A stretch of 24,926 nt of DNA, from the IMG/VR virus record IMGVR_UViG_3300005932_000211, positions 1 to 24,926 of that record, one strand, 5' to 3'. How positions within the stretch are numbered: position 1 is the stretch's first letter; every line of letters starts with the position of its first letter. Made by a program: the position numbers and the translations under genes. Source of the DNA: a virus (Duplodnaviria; Caudoviricetes). Below, piece by piece: positions 22,837-24,926 of the stretch. The notes beneath the pieces were generated by a model that did no database searches, was not told where the DNA came from, and saw only the letters and a list, made by a program, of their open reading frames with translations.

Positions 22837-24926
22837 TCAGCCTCCCCTTGTCGACTCTGCGGGATGCTCCTCTTCCTCCACGCCCATGTACTGAAGGACG
22901 AAAGGCCCGCCAGCGTAGGCGTACCACTGGAGCAGATACGCCAGGGCCTTCGACGGGTGCGGCGCCATGTACTGCCAACTCTGCGTCTGCTTGAGGTTGG
23001 CCTCAGTGATCGTCCTCGTGTGCGTGTCGCTCGACTGGTCGACTACGATGTCATTGGCCGCTGCGGTGCGGATGATCCATTCAAGAGTCTGCGCCTGGTT
23101 GGTACGCGAGAAGAAGTTGATAAGAAGGGCCTTGAGAGCGGCGGGATACAGATAGCGGGTTTCACCAAACATGATTCCGCAGGGCATTGGAGCAAGCAGC
23201 AGATAGTCGCCTGTGGCCGGCGAGCCGGCTAACGTCGCGTCTGTGCGGATCAGCTCCTCGTCTGAGTCTGCCTCCGTTTGTGCGCCTATTCGGAACCATT
23301 CGAGGGTGCCTGTTGAATAGAGTACCGCCGCCCTCAAGCCTTCAAGCGTGTTGTCGGTCGGGAACTGTAAGCCTTCGACCGTCTTGTCGATCGCCAAGAC
23401 GTCTTGCGTCGACGTATTGGTCAGGGCCCATTTCGTGCGCTGCAACGGAGAGCCCAGGCCGTAGTCCTGCATTCCATAAGCGCGGTTGAGCATCCCGTAG
23501 CGATCGCCGGCAAAGATCTGGTGCGGGAGTATCCCGTCAGGCGGACAAGGAGACGCCGAACTCAACGAGCAAGTGAGCTCCTGGCCGAAGCCGGGGTGCA
23601 CCGTGTTGTGGCGAAGGTCAAGCATCAACGTCTGCGCGAAGTCTACGGCCAGAGTGGTCGTCTGATCCTGTATCGTCGTCGGGTCTGCCGCCCACGCCAG
23701 GTCATGCCAGTTGTCAGTGTTGGGGTCGAAGCCGTCGACCAGGTCAGGCGCCGCGCCGAAGTTGCCCCATATTCCTCGGTCTTGCTCTTCGATCAGGTGC
23801 AGGTAGTAACGCTTCTGGTGGTTGTCATAGATCGCATGTGCGTACTGGAGGTGCTCCATTGAAACACGGCCGCCACGCAACCATCCCCAGAAGAGCGGGC
23901 TTGATGGGTGGACCTCGAAGACGCCTTCGCCTACGAGCAGGAGATTGCCCTCAGGGGCGAGCCAGAGCAGCCGCTTGTCGCCGAGTTGCACGATCGATCG
24001 GCGGGCCAAGCAACCGGCGCCAGAGATGATGTGCGGGTCAGGATAGACGCCACCAGCCAGGCTATCGTCGAGCGCCTCTTCGTTCTGCCTGAGGTACGCT
24101 ATATGCTTATGGCCGGCAACGACAAGGGTAGCCCCGACATGTGCAAGAGCGACGATTCTGTCACCAGGCATTTCGAGGTCGCGGTGTGCGTTATCTGGGA
24201 CGCTTTCAGTATTGAGCCCCGACGTATCCTTCCCCGTCCACCAGATTTCGCCTTCCTCGCCAAGGATCTCATACTCCGCTTCGGTTTCGGCGTCACCATC
24301 GTAAGGCCTCGTGTCGACGCCTTCATCCTGTGATACGTGCAAGGCGGTAGAGTCGTAGGCCACTGGGGTCAGACCATAGATCTTGTACTCGTCAAGAGCC
24401 AGATCCACGCCATCATCAAAGGGGAGCTCGGAGTAGCCGAAATGCGCCTTCGTGGTGGCGCCGCTGCCGTAGGTTCTTGAGCCAAAATCCGTCGTTCCAA
24501 GAAGGACCCAGTCGCCGCCAATCACTGCCGAGTAGACGGTCATCCAATTCCCGACACGTTCTACTTTGAACTTCCGCCAGGTGTCGAAGGCGCTGTAGTC
24601 CAGGCCGGCGGTGTGCATATCGTAGGAGTAGGCAACCCCCCAGGTCATAGCGGCGCCGTTCATTATGCCGAGGTCAAGGACCAACGCCCCTTTGTCGAAC
24701 AGGCCGGGGTGAAACTTGAGCTGGAGATGGATCTCCGAGTTGTCGGCAGCGTGGCCGATGCGGAAGAGCGACTCTCGCCACAGGGTGCCGGCACGGGTAG
24801 GCAAGTAGAACAAGCCTTCGACGGCAAAGCTGCCGGTTGGCCCCAGTTCTTCCGTGGTCAGTTCGAGATACCCGTTCGTCTTGAAGTAGTCGATTTGGCT
24901 GTCGACCAACTGCAAGCCGTCGCCAA
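22837..24926 (-). CDS. Tail nozzle / DNA-stabilisation-like protein with LamG-like domain (5' truncated, >695 aa)
   Basis: The frame is open to the window edge. IWWT...GDRIVALA...LVV...IAYL...GAGCLARRSIV...LLWLAPEG...AIYD..QKRYYL resembles beta-propeller blades of P22 gp10/T7 gp12-like proteins. The upstream part resembles a ConA/LamG sandwich. Confidence 0.7.
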   Translation of the reverse strand, partial: GDGLQLVDSQIDYFKTNGYLELTTEELGPTGSFAVEGLFYLPTRAGTLWRESLFRIGHAADNSEIHLQLKFHPGLFDKGALVLDLGIMNGAAMTWGVAYSYDMHTAGLDYSAFDTWRKFKVERVGNWMTVYSAVIGGDWVLLGTTDFGSRTYGSGATTKAHFGYSELPFDDGVDLALDEYKIYGLTPVAYDSTALHVSQDEGVDTRPYDGDAETEAEYEILGEEGEIWWTGKDTSGLNTESVPDNAHRDLEMPGDRIVALAHVGATLVVAGHKHIAYLRQNEEALDDSLAGGVYPDPHIISGAGCLARRSIVQLGDKRLLWLAPEGNLLLVGEGVFEVHPSSPLFWGWLRGGRVSMEHLQYAHAIYDNHQKRYYLHLIEEQDRGIWGNFGAAPDLVDGFDPNTDNWHDLAWAADPTTIQDQTTTLAVDFAQTLMLDLRHNTVHPGFGQELTCSLSSASPCPPDGILPHQIFAGDRYGMLNRAYGMQDYGLGSPLQRTKWALTNTSTQDVLAIDKTVEGLQFPTDNTLEGLRAAVLYSTGTLEWFRIGAQTEADSDEELIRTDATLAGSPATGDYLLLAPMPCGIMFGETRYLYPAALKALLINFFSRTNQAQTLEWIIRTAAANDIVVDQSSDTHTRTITEANLKQTQSWQYMAPHPSKALAYLLQWYAYAGGPFVLQYMGVEEEEHPAESTRGG

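Larger units (their letters stand above)
1..24926. mobile_element. Tailed bacteriophage (podovirus-like) genome fragment or prophage segment
   Basis: Contains a terminase large subunit, an S74-chaperone tail fibre, a nozzle-like protein, ejection-like proteins, a giant polyvalent protein and small phage-type hypotheticals (LRDYFAA...AY.VADAM motif). Coding is dense with ATGA/TAATG/TGATG overlaps. No host housekeeping genes were seen. Free phage versus prophage cannot be decided from this window. Confidence 0.93.

Noticed and set aside
22835-22978. Upstream extension of the 244-aa ORF
   Set aside because: It overlaps the nozzle-like gene. GTG at 22834 has a strong RBS.

Overview
The whole window reads as a fragment of a GC-rich (about 60% by eye) tailed-phage genome with podovirus-like organisation. 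It has two convergent, tightly coupled gene blocks. The + strand (1-5423) carries small phage hypotheticals, a pectin-lyase-like beta-helix protein, a CxxCxGxG zinc-finger protein and a terminase large subunit with an unusual ~240-aa C-terminal extension. The - strand (24926 to 5398) carries a 5'-truncated tail nozzle/stabilisation-like protein with a LamG-like domain, a small tail/decoration protein, and an S74-chaperone tail fibre that begins with an apparent Sec signal peptide. These are followed by three membrane/coiled-coil proteins, two putative ejection proteins and a 3381-aa large polyvalent protein. The most striking feature is the giant protein. Five copies of an [EKR][FY]QL[AV] pentapeptide sit at apparent domain boundaries, downstream of an HExxH metallopeptidase-like motif. 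They separate a module with clamp-binding-like motifs, an ADP-ribosyltransferase, a DHxE domain, an EEIQSDWH domain and the LPD38-type C-terminus, which suggests a punctuated, possibly self-processing injected effector polyprotein. No tRNA, rRNA, CRISPR array, integrase, portal, capsid or endolysin gene was recognised. All family assignments come from motif recognition by eye, not database searches.
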